Shown piece after piece: positions 1-10,209 of a DNA stretch of 64,000 bases. The translations under genes and the position numbers were made by a program. Each line of letters starts with the position of its first letter. The first letter of the stretch is position 1. Under the pieces are notes generated by a model. It did not search any database, was not told where the DNA came from, and worked only from the letters and a program-made list of their open reading frames with translations. This DNA is from Candidatus Methanomethylophilaceae archaeon (GTDB taxonomy: Archaea; Thermoplasmatota; Thermoplasmata; Methanomassiliicoccales; Methanomethylophilaceae). The DNA lies in the NCBI GenBank assembly GCA_050950505.1, contig JBMNHS010000001.1:832001-896000 (forward strand), given 5' to 3'.

Positions 1-133
1 CCTGCTTTATCATCGCTTATCCTTCCCTGCCAAGTTTATCTTCCCGGCGGTACGCGTTGATACAAGCCCGCATATTTAAGAATCAGCCCCGAAAAAGGGT
101 TTCTGAATCAGTCACGTTCCCAAAAACAAATTC

Positions 134-1162
134 TCAGAACCAGGTGTCCAGAGTCTTCTGGTCTTTCTTGGCCTTGTTTTTGACTCTGTTTTTCTCCATG
201 CGGTCCAAGGCGGATTCCACCCTTCCGGCGGAGAATTCATAAGATTCCAGCAGGTCTATGACCCCCTCCCTGTCGATTTCGTTCACGGTTACGTCATAAT
301 CGTCGGTGCCGATGTCGGTGAGGAATATGTCCCGTATTTCTCCGTATTCAGGTATCTCTTCGCCGATGTGGGTCAGCACGGCTTCGATGGTTTTGTGTTT
401 TCTTATGAGAGCCAATCCTCTTTTTGGGCCTATGCCCTTTATCCCGGGGTTGAAGTCCGTCCCCATGAGTATGGCCACATCAACCAGCTGTTCCCTGGTG
501 ACTTCCAAAGCATCCAAAAAGTCCTGAAGACGGATGACTTCGGTTTTCACTTCTCTGTACAGATCCCTTCCCGGAACCTTCCGTCTTCCGGTCATGGTCA
601 CATTGCGCACGAGAACCGGCGCTCCGAACAGCAAAGAATCGAAATCCTGGGAAGCGGAAGCCCATACATCCCCTTTCGCGCACATGTACGCACACTGTCC
701 TTCTCCGTCTCCCGGCGCCTGTATTATAGGAAGCCCAAGAAGTCTTATGAGTTCTTTCGAGGACGAAGATATCTCCGGAGTCATTCTGGAGGTCTGCTGA
801 GCTTTGGAATATGCTTTTTCCATATCCCCCTCTTCAAGAGCCTCTTCCCATTCTTCCATGGCTTTTTCTCTCCGGGCCCTTCTTTCGGCGATGGTATCCG
901 CTTTGAGTTCGTGATAATCCCCGTCAAAAACAAAAGCGGGTTCTATGCCGGCCTCGATCAGATTGGCGGTCCGGTACAGAATTCCGGACAGATGGGAAGT
1001 GGTCCTTCCGTGGGAATCATGCAAAGGACGCCCGTCAGACTGACGGATGCTGGAAAGGAACTGGTATATCGTGTTGTATGCATCGATGGCGATGTTCTTT
1101 CCGTTGAGATCTGAAAGTTCGATGTATTCCGGATCCGCAAGTCCCGTGAAGTTGACTCCCAT
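134..1162 (-). CDS. fen: Flap endonuclease 1
   Basis: IAIDAYNTIYQFL, SQDFDSLLFG and GTDFNPGIKGIG motifs; C-terminal PIP box QKTLDTWF. Confidence 0.97.
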   Translation of the reverse strand: MGVNFTGLADPEYIELSDLNGKNIAIDAYNTIYQFLSSIRQSDGRPLHDSHGRTTSHLSGILYRTANLIEAGIEPAFVFDGDYHELKADTIAERRARREKAMEEWEEALEEGDMEKAYSKAQQTSRMTPEISSSSKELIRLLGLPIIQAPGDGEGQCAYMCAKGDVWASASQDFDSLLFGAPVLVRNVTMTGRRKVPGRDLYREVKTEVIRLQDFLDALEVTREQLVDVAILMGTDFNPGIKGIGPKRGLALIRKHKTIEAVLTHIGEEIPEYGEIRDIFLTDIGTDDYDVTVNEIDREGVIDLLESYEFSAGRVESALDRMEKNRVKNKAKKDQKTLDTWF

Positions 1163-1171
1163 TGAAAACCC

Positions 1172-1831
1172 TCAAGGATCGGGCCCGTAGCCCTGCCATA
1201 TTTTGATTTCCGACGACATGTCGTCAAGACCGAAGAGTGCGCTTCCCGCCGCCAGCACCGTGGCTCCGGCTTCGACGCACTTCTTCCCCGTGTCCCGGTT
1301 TATTCCGCCGTCCACGGATATTTCCAGTTTGGGATTGTGAACATCCGCCCATTCCCGGACATATTTTATTTTATCCAGTCCCGAAGGTATGAATTTCTGT
1401 CCTCCGAATCCCGGATGGACGGTCATAATCAGAACCAAATCAACCTTGTCAAGATACTTGTTCAGAACTCTGACGTCGGTGTCAGGGTTGACAGAGACTC
1501 CGGGATGCACCCCCGCATCCGTTATTTTCTTCAAAGCTTCGAAAGGGTCCCCTTCGGCTTCGGGATGCACCGTAAGATAATCGGCTCCGGCATTGACGAA
1601 ATCGTCAATGTACCTTTCGGGACGCTGTATCATCAAATGTACGTCGAAGGGCAGATCGGTGCAGCCTCTGACGGCTCCGATTACGGAGGGGCCGATGGTG
1701 ATGTTGGGAACAAACATTCCGTCCATGACATCGACGTGGGTCCAATCCGCGCCCGAGGAATCAAGTCTCCTAATCTCATCTCCCAGACGGGAAAAATCCG
1801 CTGAAAGTATGGACGGCGATACCTTTGTCAT
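1172..1831 (-). CDS. rpe: Ribulose-phosphate 3-epimerase
   Basis: PSILSADF, HVDVMDG, DVHLM, PGFGGQ, VDGG motifs. Confidence 0.97.
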   Translation of the reverse strand: MTKVSPSILSADFSRLGDEIRRLDSSGADWTHVDVMDGMFVPNITIGPSVIGAVRGCTDLPFDVHLMIQRPERYIDDFVNAGADYLTVHPEAEGDPFEALKKITDAGVHPGVSVNPDTDVRVLNKYLDKVDLVLIMTVHPGFGGQKFIPSGLDKIKYVREWADVHNPKLEISVDGGINRDTGKKCVEAGATVLAAGSALFGLDDMSSEIKIWQGYGPDP

Positions 1832-1915
1832 CGGAACGGAATATGTCCAACGTCAATATAATTTATCTTCTGTGGAAAGTGAACAAATATAACGAATAAA
1901 AGCATATTGGGTAGC

Positions 1916-2128
1916 ATGGCATCAGCCGATAACAAAGGTAATGGCAGCATCTGCCAAGTGGAAAGCTGCAACGATGCGACCGAGAGATCCATCAGTCACA
2001 AGAAAGTGGCCGAATCGGATCTGACACTGAAAGCGGGTTCCCACGGACAGGTCGGTCTCTGCAAAAACCATTACCGGGAATTCAAAAAACAAACGAAGAA
2101 ATCCAGAGAACTGGACCGCATATACTGA
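1916..2128 (+). CDS. Small putative Zn-binding protein
   Basis: CxxxxC...CxxH pattern; stop overlaps rnz start (TGATG). Confidence 0.7.
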   Translation: MASADNKGNGSICQVESCNDATERSISHKKVAESDLTLKAGSHGQVGLCKNHYREFKKQTKKSRELDRIY

Positions 2129-3033
2129 TGATAGAGGTGCTTTTTCTAGGTACCGGCGCAGGTACGCCTTCCAGACAGAGCGGTCTTCCTTCCGCGGCGG
2201 TCCGCAAGGGAGGGGAGATTTATCTCCTGGACTGCGGAGAGGGAACACAAAGACAGCTGATGGTATCTCCGTTTTCATACATGAAAATCAAAGCTGTGCT
2301 GATATCCCATCTTCACGGAGACCATTTTCTTGGGTTGCCCGGTCTGTTGCTCACTATGGGCATATCCGAAAGAAAGGATCCGATTGCCGTAATCGGTCCT
2401 GCGGGAACCGAACGTCTTCTGATTCCGATACTCGAAGCCTGCGGGGATGAACTGCCTTTCGAACTGAACGTCATCGAAGCCGATGACGGCCATATTTCGG
2501 ATATTGGAAAAATGACGGTATCGGTTTTCAAAACGGATCATACCGTCCCGTCCCTGGGATTCGTACTGTCGGAGAAGGACAGATACAAAGCGGACCCGTC
2601 AAAAATATCCGGGTCCGACGTCAGACCGGGGGATGTGGATCGGATACTGAAGGGAGAAACAATCAAAGGCGTCACCGCGGAAGATCTCTCTGCGGGGATA
2701 GTGAAAGGATTGAAAATTGCTTATTCCGGGGATACGAAACCCTGCGAATCTCTGAAAAAAGCGGTGAAAGACGTCGATCTTCTGATTCATGAAGCCACCT
2801 TCGATTCCGAATTGAAAGGTCCCGCCGAAGAGCACGGGCATACGACCGCCGAACAGGCCGCGGAGATAGCAAGGGAATGCAACGTCAGGCATCTGTGTTT
2901 GACTCACGTAAGCAACCGTTACAGAAACCGTTCGGTGCTGAAAGAAGAGGCTTCCGCGATATTTCCGGACACCTGCGTCGCCGAAGACATGATGCGGCTT
3001 TCGGTGACAAGAAAAGAAATCAAATTAATTTGA
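2128..3033 (+). CDS. rnz: Ribonuclease Z
   Basis: FLGTG, DCGEGTQ, SHLHGDH, SGDT, HEATF, LTHVSNRY motifs. Confidence 0.95.
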   Translation: MIEVLFLGTGAGTPSRQSGLPSAAVRKGGEIYLLDCGEGTQRQLMVSPFSYMKIKAVLISHLHGDHFLGLPGLLLTMGISERKDPIAVIGPAGTERLLIPILEACGDELPFELNVIEADDGHISDIGKMTVSVFKTDHTVPSLGFVLSEKDRYKADPSKISGSDVRPGDVDRILKGETIKGVTAEDLSAGIVKGLKIAYSGDTKPCESLKKAVKDVDLLIHEATFDSELKGPAEEHGHTTAEQAAEIARECNVRHLCLTHVSNRYRNRSVLKEEASAIFPDTCVAEDMMRLSVTRKEIKLI

Positions 3034-3583
3034 GCAAATCGGTTCCTGTTATAACGCTGATTATTTTTCCTCTTTTCGAAACGAGAACGGCATCGTTGTC
3101 GTTCATAAGCAAAGCCACCGTTGATAAGGATGTATTTCCGGACACTACCGGAAAAGACTCTCCCATGACGGTTCGGACCGGGGTCTTTCTCAATTCTTCC
3201 ATGCTCATTCCCTGTTCGATCAGATTGAGAATCATTCTTTCCGAAATGCTTCCGACCGGACGGCCTCCATCCATGACGGGCAATTGGGAAATCCCTGCGT
3301 TTCTCATCAGTTCCGACGCCATTTTCACACCGTCTTCCGCATTGACGGTTATCGGGGAATAAGACGCGACGTCCGCCGCGGTTCGGTCGATGGCGGAATA
3401 TTTGCCGATCCTTTCCAGGGTGTTGAACAGCCGCGCAACGGTTTCATAACTGGCCTTCGTTTTTTCCGTTTCTATTTTGGCAATGGTGCTTTGGCTGATT
3501 CCGGATTCTTTTGCAAGTTCGAATTGGGTTATTCCCAATGCGGATCTCATTTTCCTTATGTCGGATTCCGGAGGAAAATTCAT
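3020..3583 (-). CDS. XRE-family HTH regulator with CBS pair
   Basis: ITQFELAKESGISQSTIAKIE helix-turn-helix followed by two CBS repeats. Confidence 0.9.
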   Translation of the reverse strand: MNFPPESDIRKMRSALGITQFELAKESGISQSTIAKIETEKTKASYETVARLFNTLERIGKYSAIDRTAADVASYSPITVNAEDGVKMASELMRNAGISQLPVMDGGRPVGSISERMILNLIEQGMSMEELRKTPVRTVMGESFPVVSGNTSLSTVALLMNDNDAVLVSKRGKIISVITGTDLLKLI

Positions 3584-3686
3584 GGATATTGCATCAAATT
3601 ATTCTTATAAGAATATTTCTTACAACTTACTTTATAAACAATGAATTAATATGAGTATCCAAGCGGTCAGCCGGGAGGCTTCAGAT

Positions 3687-4904
3687 TTGGCTAAGAATAT
3701 TTATGTAGAAGGAATAAACGAACTTCCTGTCCCCGACAGGAAAGTTGAAATCGTAGAGAGAAAAGGTATCGGTCACCCCGACAGCGTGGCCGACGGAATC
3801 GCGGAGACCATGAGCAAGGAACTCTGCAAAATGTACATAAAGGAATTCGGACACGTTCTTCACCACAACACTGACGAAACGCAGATAGCTGCGGGAATGT
3901 CCGCGCCCAAGTTCGGCGGAGGTACGATAATAGACCCCGTATACATGCTCCTTGTCGGCCGCGCCACCAACGAAATTGTTGTCGGCGACGATGTCAAGTC
4001 TTTGCCCTGCAAACCCGTGGCCCTCAAAGCCGCAAGGAATTACCTGAAGGAAACCTTCCCCAATCTCGACACCGATTCCGAAATGATTCTCGATGCAAGA
4101 ATCGGTCTCGGTTCCGACGATCTCACCGGTGTGTACAAGGCCTCCGGATTCATGGCCAACGATACCTCTTTCGGTGTCGGATACGCTCCGTATTCAATCA
4201 CCGACAGACTCACTCTCGAAACGGAAGAATTCATCAACGGCGCACTCAAGAAAAAGATGCCCGAAACCGGTCAGGACGTTAAAGTAATGGCATCCAGAGT
4301 GGACAAAGACGTCACCATTACCGTAGCCTGCGCAATGGTGGACCGTTATCTCGACGATGCGGATGCCTACATATCCGCCGTGGCCCGTCTCAAAGACGAA
4401 GTGACCGACAACGCCCTCAAAATCGTGGGCAACGAAGACATCAACGTCAAAGTTGACGTCAACACCGGCGATGATTACAGCCGCGGTGTTTACTACCTGA
4501 CCGTAACCGGAATGTCTCAGGAAATGGGCGACGACGGTTCCGTCGGAAGGGGCAACAGAGCCAACGGACTGATTACGCCTTACCGGCCCATGTCCATGGA
4601 AGCGACCTCCGGCAAGAACCCGATAACTCACATCGGTAAAATCTACAACATACTTTCGAATCTCATCGCCAACGATGTTTCCAAGGAAATCGGACCGGAA
4701 GCGGAGATTCGCGTGAGATTGCTTTCACAGATCGGAAAACCTATCCACGAGCCTCTCAGCGCCTCAGTTCAGGTTCTCGCTCAGGAAGCGGACAAAAACG
4801 TCAGCAAATGGAAATCCGATGCCGAAACCATCACGGAAGAATGGTTGGACAACATTGATAAGGTCACGGAGCTTATAGCAAAAGGTAAAGTCAGAACATT
4901 CTGA
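3687..4904 (+). CDS. mat: Archaeal-type S-adenosylmethionine synthetase
   Basis: [26 protein letters not shown] motifs; TTG start after GGGAGG chosen (ORF open from 3651). Confidence 0.95.
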   Translation: MAKNIYVEGINELPVPDRKVEIVERKGIGHPDSVADGIAETMSKELCKMYIKEFGHVLHHNTDETQIAAGMSAPKFGGGTIIDPVYMLLVGRATNEIVVGDDVKSLPCKPVALKAARNYLKETFPNLDTDSEMILDARIGLGSDDLTGVYKASGFMANDTSFGVGYAPYSITDRLTLETEEFINGALKKKMPETGQDVKVMASRVDKDVTITVACAMVDRYLDDADAYISAVARLKDEVTDNALKIVGNEDINVKVDVNTGDDYSRGVYYLTVTGMSQEMGDDGSVGRGNRANGLITPYRPMSMEATSGKNPITHIGKIYNILSNLIANDVSKEIGPEAEIRVRLLSQIGKPIHEPLSASVQVLAQEADKNVSKWKSDAETITEEWLDNIDKVTELIAKGKVRTF

Positions 4905-4933
4905 TATCAGATTCTGAGAAAGGTGATCCAAGC

Positions 4934-5518
4934 GTGAAGATAATCGATGAACCAAGATACGGGCCGATGTTCAGGTTCAGCGATGCCAATGTGTATTGGA
5001 CTCTGCACCTGCTTTCCGAAGGAACGAGAACCGGACGGAAGAGGCTGGCCGATATGGTTGGAATCGGTGAAGGGAGCATGCGGCGGATTATAGACGCACT
5101 CCGGGATATGGAATTGATTTCCATCAAACAGACCGGGGTTTCAATCACTGACAAAGGAATCGAATTCCTTGAGGACATACCCATAAGAGTCATCGATCTC
5201 GACGTGGGCGATTCCGTATCCGGGGATGAGACTCAAAGTCTTCTCGTTCTCGGAGTGTCAGACAGAGTGCACAACGGTATGCAGCAGAGAGACGCCGGGA
5301 TAAAAGTCGGAGCCACGAGCTGTACCACATTCGTAATCCGCAACGGCGTACTGATGGTGCCTCCCGACTGGAACGTGGATCAAGAGAAACCCGAACTTGC
5401 GGAAAAAATCCGCAATGAACTGGGGATGTCCGAAAAAGACGCCATAATCGTCGGCGGAGCCCCCACCAAAGTTCTGGCCGTAGAGGCCACGGTCGCGGCT
5501 GCTCTGGATATCATCTGA
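4934..5518 (+). CDS. Winged-helix protein (DUF4443-like)
   Basis: GRKRLADMVGIGEGSMR HTH; GMQQRDAGIKVGA C-terminal domain. Confidence 0.7.
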   Translation: MKIIDEPRYGPMFRFSDANVYWTLHLLSEGTRTGRKRLADMVGIGEGSMRRIIDALRDMELISIKQTGVSITDKGIEFLEDIPIRVIDLDVGDSVSGDETQSLLVLGVSDRVHNGMQQRDAGIKVGATSCTTFVIRNGVLMVPPDWNVDQEKPELAEKIRNELGMSEKDAIIVGGAPTKVLAVEATVAAALDII

Positions 5519-5563
5519 GATCGCCTTGTCAAACCATTTACAAAACATCCTTTGTCAAATTCC

Positions 5564-6514
5564 ATGAAACATCTTCTGAATTTTTCGGTTTATGAAAACC
5601 CGGACACGCTGTCCTCCGACGTTCCAGTCACCTTCGGGAAGATTGGCTGCGACGGAGTGGAACTTCTCACGGGATATGACGAAGTACCGGACGCTCATGC
5701 CGGTATGACCGCCGCGGTGCATCTGCCTTATGCGGCGGATTGGCGTTCCGTGTGGGAAGGAGAAGACGTTCCGGAATGCGACCCCGACACGGCCAGATTT
5801 CTGATGTACGGAATTTCCAGGGAAGACATCGCGGAGAATCTGAAGCGGGCGATAACCGTGGCATCGTCACTGAATCCCCCCTACGGGGTTCTTCACGCCG
5901 GCAGCGTAAAAATACATGACATTCTGAAAAGAACAAACGGCGATGACCGGAAAGTGTTGGATTCTTTCTGTGAAATGGTAAACACCGTGATATCCGAATT
6001 TCCGGGGAACCGCCCGCCGTTCAAACTGGCTTTCGAAAATCTCTGGTGGCCCGGGCTGAGGTTGATCGACGGTTGGGAAATCGGTTATTTCGAAAAAAAC
6101 ATCGAGTTTGACGATTGGGGGATATGTCTGGACACCGGTCATCTTCTGAACTGTCTGCCCGACATCCATGATGAAGGAGACGCGGTCGAGTCCCTCAGGA
6201 AAGTTTTCAACGGATACGGCGACGGAGTAAAAGACCGGATATGCACCGTCCATCTCCATATGAGCACTTCTTCGGATTACAGAAACAGTTTCGAAGACAG
6301 AGGACCCGGAAACAAATCCTTTGATGATTTCATGATCGAAGCGAACACCCATATCGGCAAGATAGACCAGCACCGTCCTTTCAGCACGGACGGGTGCAAA
6401 GAATTGGTGGATATTCTGAAGCCCGATTACGTCACCCATGAGCTGAACGGTTCCTTTTCCGAGGACCCCTTGGAGGATTTCAGACAGCAAAGGTCCCATT
6501 TCGGCCGGAACTGA
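5564..6514 (+). CDS. Xylose isomerase/AP endonuclease 2-like TIM-barrel protein
   Basis: VEL, HLP, FEN, CLDTGH, HLH, DQH, THE metal-ligand pattern. Confidence 0.75.
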   Translation: MKHLLNFSVYENPDTLSSDVPVTFGKIGCDGVELLTGYDEVPDAHAGMTAAVHLPYAADWRSVWEGEDVPECDPDTARFLMYGISREDIAENLKRAITVASSLNPPYGVLHAGSVKIHDILKRTNGDDRKVLDSFCEMVNTVISEFPGNRPPFKLAFENLWWPGLRLIDGWEIGYFEKNIEFDDWGICLDTGHLLNCLPDIHDEGDAVESLRKVFNGYGDGVKDRICTVHLHMSTSSDYRNSFEDRGPGNKSFDDFMIEANTHIGKIDQHRPFSTDGCKELVDILKPDYVTHELNGSFSEDPLEDFRQQRSHFGRN

Positions 6515-6562
6515 CGAATGCTTAAATAATAGCTCTATCTTGCACATTCCAGAGGAAAAAAA

Positions 6563-6712
6563 ATGGCACGTTTTGAAGAGGCCGAAAGCAGACTTCTCAA
6601 TAAGTCCGTATGCATGAAATGCTCTGCTACAAACCCGCCTAAGGCGACCAAATGCCGCAAATGCGGTGGCGGAAATCTCAGGCCCAAGGCTAAAGAGAGC
6701 AGGAAGCAGTGA
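6563..6712 (+). CDS. rpl40e: 50S ribosomal protein L40e (absent from ORF track, 49 aa)
   Basis: Manual translation [49 protein letters not shown]; GAGG RBS. Confidence 0.95.
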   Translation: MARFEEAESRLLNKSVCMKCSATNPPKATKCRKCGGGNLRPKAKESRKQ

Positions 6713-6736
6713 GCTCGTGGTCGGCCGTGCCATATT

Positions 6737-6768
6737 GCGGCCGGTTTTCGGGCCGCTCTTTTGTTTTT
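6737..6768 (+). terminator. Hairpin plus T-tract after rpl40e
   Basis: GCGGCC/GGCCGC stem followed by TCTTTTGTTTTT. Confidence 0.6.
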
Positions 6769-7191
6769 CAGGTCAGCGACGGCTGTGATCGGCCGGATCC
6801 GCAGGGACGGTCCCATGGAAAACGGAAGCAATCCGATTGCGTTCAATGTACCGGATACGGGCACGTAAGAAAATATCGGAACATTTTTGACGGTTTCTTC
6901 AGCAAACAAGGAATCCGCAAAACTCATTTTTCATGATTCTGTTTTACAGGATATCCGTTCCGAATATTTTTACGGTTTTTTTACAACACCGCATTCTTGG
7001 CTTCGGCCGCTGTGCATTCCGGGCCATGGACAAATTCATTATAGACCGCGGACGTTCTGCTTTTGTCAACGGCAGCCTGCGGGTCCGGAACAAAGGCGGC
7101 GCAGGTCCGGAAACACAGTCACGGTGTGCGGAATCGTAAGGATTTTCGTACCCTTCAAAGATACACGACACGATTACAGCGAGGATTTTGA

Positions 7192-8457
7192 ATGAAGATT
7201 GAAAAAGTATGGGCAAGGGAAGTTCTCGATTCAAGAGGAAACCCCACGGTTGAAGCGGAAGTGACCGTGAACGGTCATGAAGTAAGGGCGATTGCGCCTT
7301 CCGGAGCATCCACCGGTACCTGGGAAGCTCATGAACTGAGGGACGGCGGAAACAGATACTCGGGAAAAGGAGTACTGACCGCGGTAAACAACGTACGCAC
7401 CGAAATCGCCGACCGCATCGTGGGCATGGACGCTTCGGATCAGGAAGGAATCGACAATGCGATGATCGAACTGGACGGAACCCCCAACAAAGTAAGACTG
7501 GGGGCCAATGCGACCGTCGCCGTTTCTCTTGCAGTCGCAAAGGCGGGCGCCATGTCCCGCCATATGCCGGTATACGAGCACATCGGAAACAACAACGTGA
7601 CTCTCCCGGTTCCCATGTTCAACATCATCAACGGAGGAATGCATGCGGGAGGAAACCTGAAGGTTCAGGAATTCATGATCGCTCCCGCCGGACTGCCCAC
7701 GTTCAGCGAATGCCTGAGGGCGTCCTCCGAGATTTACATGTCATTGAAATCGCTTCTTACAAAAAAGTACGGAGCCTCTTCGGTCAACGTCGGTGACGAA
7801 GGAGGTTTTGCCCCTCCCATGGATACCGTCGCCGAAGCTCTGGGCACCATCGAGGAAGCCGTGTCCGCCGCGGGCTACGTCTCGGGAAAGGACGTGTTCC
7901 TGACAATTGACGCCGCATCATCCGAGTTTTTCTCCGACGACAGGTACGATATCGACGGAATGAGTCTTACCGCCGGAGAACTGGTGGATCTTTATGTTTC
8001 GCTGACGGAAGAATTCCCGTTGATAAGCATAGAAGATCCATTTTTCGAGGACGATTTCGATTCAACCGCGGAACTTACCGCCAAGATAGGCAAGAACGTG
8101 CAAATCGTGGGTGACGATCTCTTTGTGACAAACACCGAAAGATTGGAAAAAGGAATCAAATCCAAATCGGCAAACGCATTGTTGCTTAAAGTCAACCAAA
8201 TCGGAACCGTGACGGAATCCGGCAACGCCGCCTCCATGAGCTTTGACAACGGATACAGGGTCGTGGTGTCACACCGCTCCGGAGAATCGGAAGACACCAC
8301 CATCGCGGACCTTTCCGTCGGATGGGGGTCCGGCCAAATCAAAACCGGCGCTCCCGCCCGCGGAGAAAGAACCGCGAAATACAACAGACTGCTGAGAATC
8401 GAAGAAGAACTGGGGTCCAAAGCGGTTTTCCCGGGACTCAAAGCGTTCAGGTCCTGA
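7192..8457 (+). CDS. eno: Enolase
   Basis: DSRGNPTVE, PSGASTG, GDEGG, SHRSGE, QIKTGAP motifs. Confidence 0.98.
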   Translation: MKIEKVWAREVLDSRGNPTVEAEVTVNGHEVRAIAPSGASTGTWEAHELRDGGNRYSGKGVLTAVNNVRTEIADRIVGMDASDQEGIDNAMIELDGTPNKVRLGANATVAVSLAVAKAGAMSRHMPVYEHIGNNNVTLPVPMFNIINGGMHAGGNLKVQEFMIAPAGLPTFSECLRASSEIYMSLKSLLTKKYGASSVNVGDEGGFAPPMDTVAEALGTIEEAVSAAGYVSGKDVFLTIDAASSEFFSDDRYDIDGMSLTAGELVDLYVSLTEEFPLISIEDPFFEDDFDSTAELTAKIGKNVQIVGDDLFVTNTERLEKGIKSKSANALLLKVNQIGTVTESGNAASMSFDNGYRVVVSHRSGESEDTTIADLSVGWGSGQIKTGAPARGERTAKYNRLLRIEEELGSKAVFPGLKAFRS

Positions 8458-8461
8458 TAAC

Positions 8462-9658
8462 ATGAACAAGCTCTTTGCGGCCGATGAAAAGGATATCCGC
8501 GAAGGATACACAAAGGATGTTTACTTCGAACATACCAAACAGATTCTGGAAGCAAAGGGTCTTGAAGACCTTGAAGTCAGCATGGAGTTCACCAGCGGCT
8601 CCCTTCCCTGCGGATGGGAATGGGGGGTGTTCTGCGGTCTCGAAGAAGTATTGAGGCTGATGGAAGGGATGAAGGTGTCCATATACGCCGTTCCTGAAGG
8701 GACGGTTTTCCGTTCCAGAACTTCTGCCAGTGTAAGGTCTCCGGTTATGAATTTCCAGGGAAAATACATGGACTTCGGTGTGATGGAAACAGCGATTCTC
8801 GGAATGATTTGCCAGCCCACGGGAGTGGCCACCAAGGCCGCCAGAATGAAGCTGGCGGCAAAAGGGAAGCCCGTGATAGCGTTCGGAAACCGCAGAATGC
8901 ATCCCGCGATTTCGGGAGTGCTGGACCGCTCCGCTTACGTGGGAGGCTGCGATGACGTGTCCTCACAGGCCGGAGGGGATCTGATCGGAAAGAAACCCCT
9001 GGGCACCACACCTCACGTTCTCCCGTTGATGATGGGCAGCAACGATGTCGCGTTCAGAGCTTTTGACGAGTACATCGACCCGTCGGTTCCCCGCATTATG
9101 CTGATAGATACGTTCTCCGATGAGAGAACGGCGGCGGTGGAAGCCTGCAAGACTGTAAAAAATCTGGTCGGTGTAAGACTGGACACTCCCGGATCCCGGA
9201 GAGGAAACTTCAAAGAACTCATAGATGAAGTGCGCTGGGAGATGGACATGAACGGTTTTGAACATGTGAAAATCATAGTATCCGGAGGGTTGGACGAAAA
9301 TACCGTCGCGGCCCTTGCGGATACCTGTGTTTCGAGTTTCGGGGTGGGAACTTCGATTTCCAACGCTCCGACTTTGGATTTCTCCATGGATCTGGTCGAA
9401 AAGAACGGAGTTCCCATGGCGAAAAGAGGAAAGTTCGCCGGAAGGAAATATCCTTACAGATGTCCGGACTGTTTCACCATGGGAGTTTCTCTGCAACCCG
9501 ATATGAAAATAATCTGCGAATGCGGACGGGAAATGGAAATGATTGAAAAACAGGTCATGAAAGACGGCAGGAGAACCGCCCCCGAAGTCAAGCCCTCGGA
9601 GATACGGGACTACGTCATCAGACAGTTGGAAACCCTTGAAAAAAACGGGGATTTCTGA
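8462..9658 (+). CDS. pncB: Nicotinate phosphoribosyltransferase
   Basis: DVYF, FGNRRMHP, GTTPH, LIDTF, GVRLD, SGGLDE, GVGT; C-terminal Zn ribbon. Confidence 0.9.
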   Translation: MNKLFAADEKDIREGYTKDVYFEHTKQILEAKGLEDLEVSMEFTSGSLPCGWEWGVFCGLEEVLRLMEGMKVSIYAVPEGTVFRSRTSASVRSPVMNFQGKYMDFGVMETAILGMICQPTGVATKAARMKLAAKGKPVIAFGNRRMHPAISGVLDRSAYVGGCDDVSSQAGGDLIGKKPLGTTPHVLPLMMGSNDVAFRAFDEYIDPSVPRIMLIDTFSDERTAAVEACKTVKNLVGVRLDTPGSRRGNFKELIDEVRWEMDMNGFEHVKIIVSGGLDENTVAALADTCVSSFGVGTSISNAPTLDFSMDLVEKNGVPMAKRGKFAGRKYPYRCPDCFTMGVSLQPDMKIICECGREMEMIEKQVMKDGRRTAPEVKPSEIRDYVIRQLETLEKNGDF

Positions 9659-9938
9659 ATCCGTTCAGCGGGCGGATGTCGATTCGGAAACCGGTTATCA
9701 AAGGTAGATATAATAGCCTTTCGGAGCAGTTTATCTATCGTTAAAACACTGATAACAGAAAGCTTATATGTGCCTCGCAGGTTGTAATATCCGAGCATAT
9801 TACAGGTCTCCGTTGATGGGTTTGGAAGCCTGCGAGCTCTATCATGGGGGAAGTAAGATAGAGGTTACAATCAGTCTAAACGGACGCTGTTTCAAAAACA
9901 CTCTGGATACGACGCTGGGCAGATTATCGAACGATTGC

Positions 9939-10118
9939 ATGATGAACGTGTATTGCGAATGCGGAAGGCTGGTTTGGCTGGATCGCACCGCAATGAATCT
10001 CAAACTCAGCATGGGCAAGCCCCTTGAATGCTCCCGATGCAGAAACAAACGGATCTCGGAAGAGATTGAACTTCTTGACAGACATTTCAACGGTGAAGAC
10101 ATATTCGCCGATGAATGA
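9939..10118 (+). CDS. Small Zn-ribbon-like protein (59 aa)
   Basis: CECG...CSRCRN; ATG at 9939 preferred over the 9768 extension, which overlaps a TATA box. Confidence 0.65.
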   Translation: MMNVYCECGRLVWLDRTAMNLKLSMGKPLECSRCRNKRISEEIELLDRHFNGEDIFADE

Positions 10119-10209
10119 ATTTTACGGCGGCTTCCGCTGTTTTAACAATAATATAAAGAAAAATTGTTTGTGACGGACTTCCGTCATTCCCTTCGGTTTT
10201 TCCGAACTT

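Noticed and set aside
1-13. Possible start of a minus-strand gene (ATG ATA AAG CAG)
   Set aside because: Only four codons are visible, so no call can be supported.
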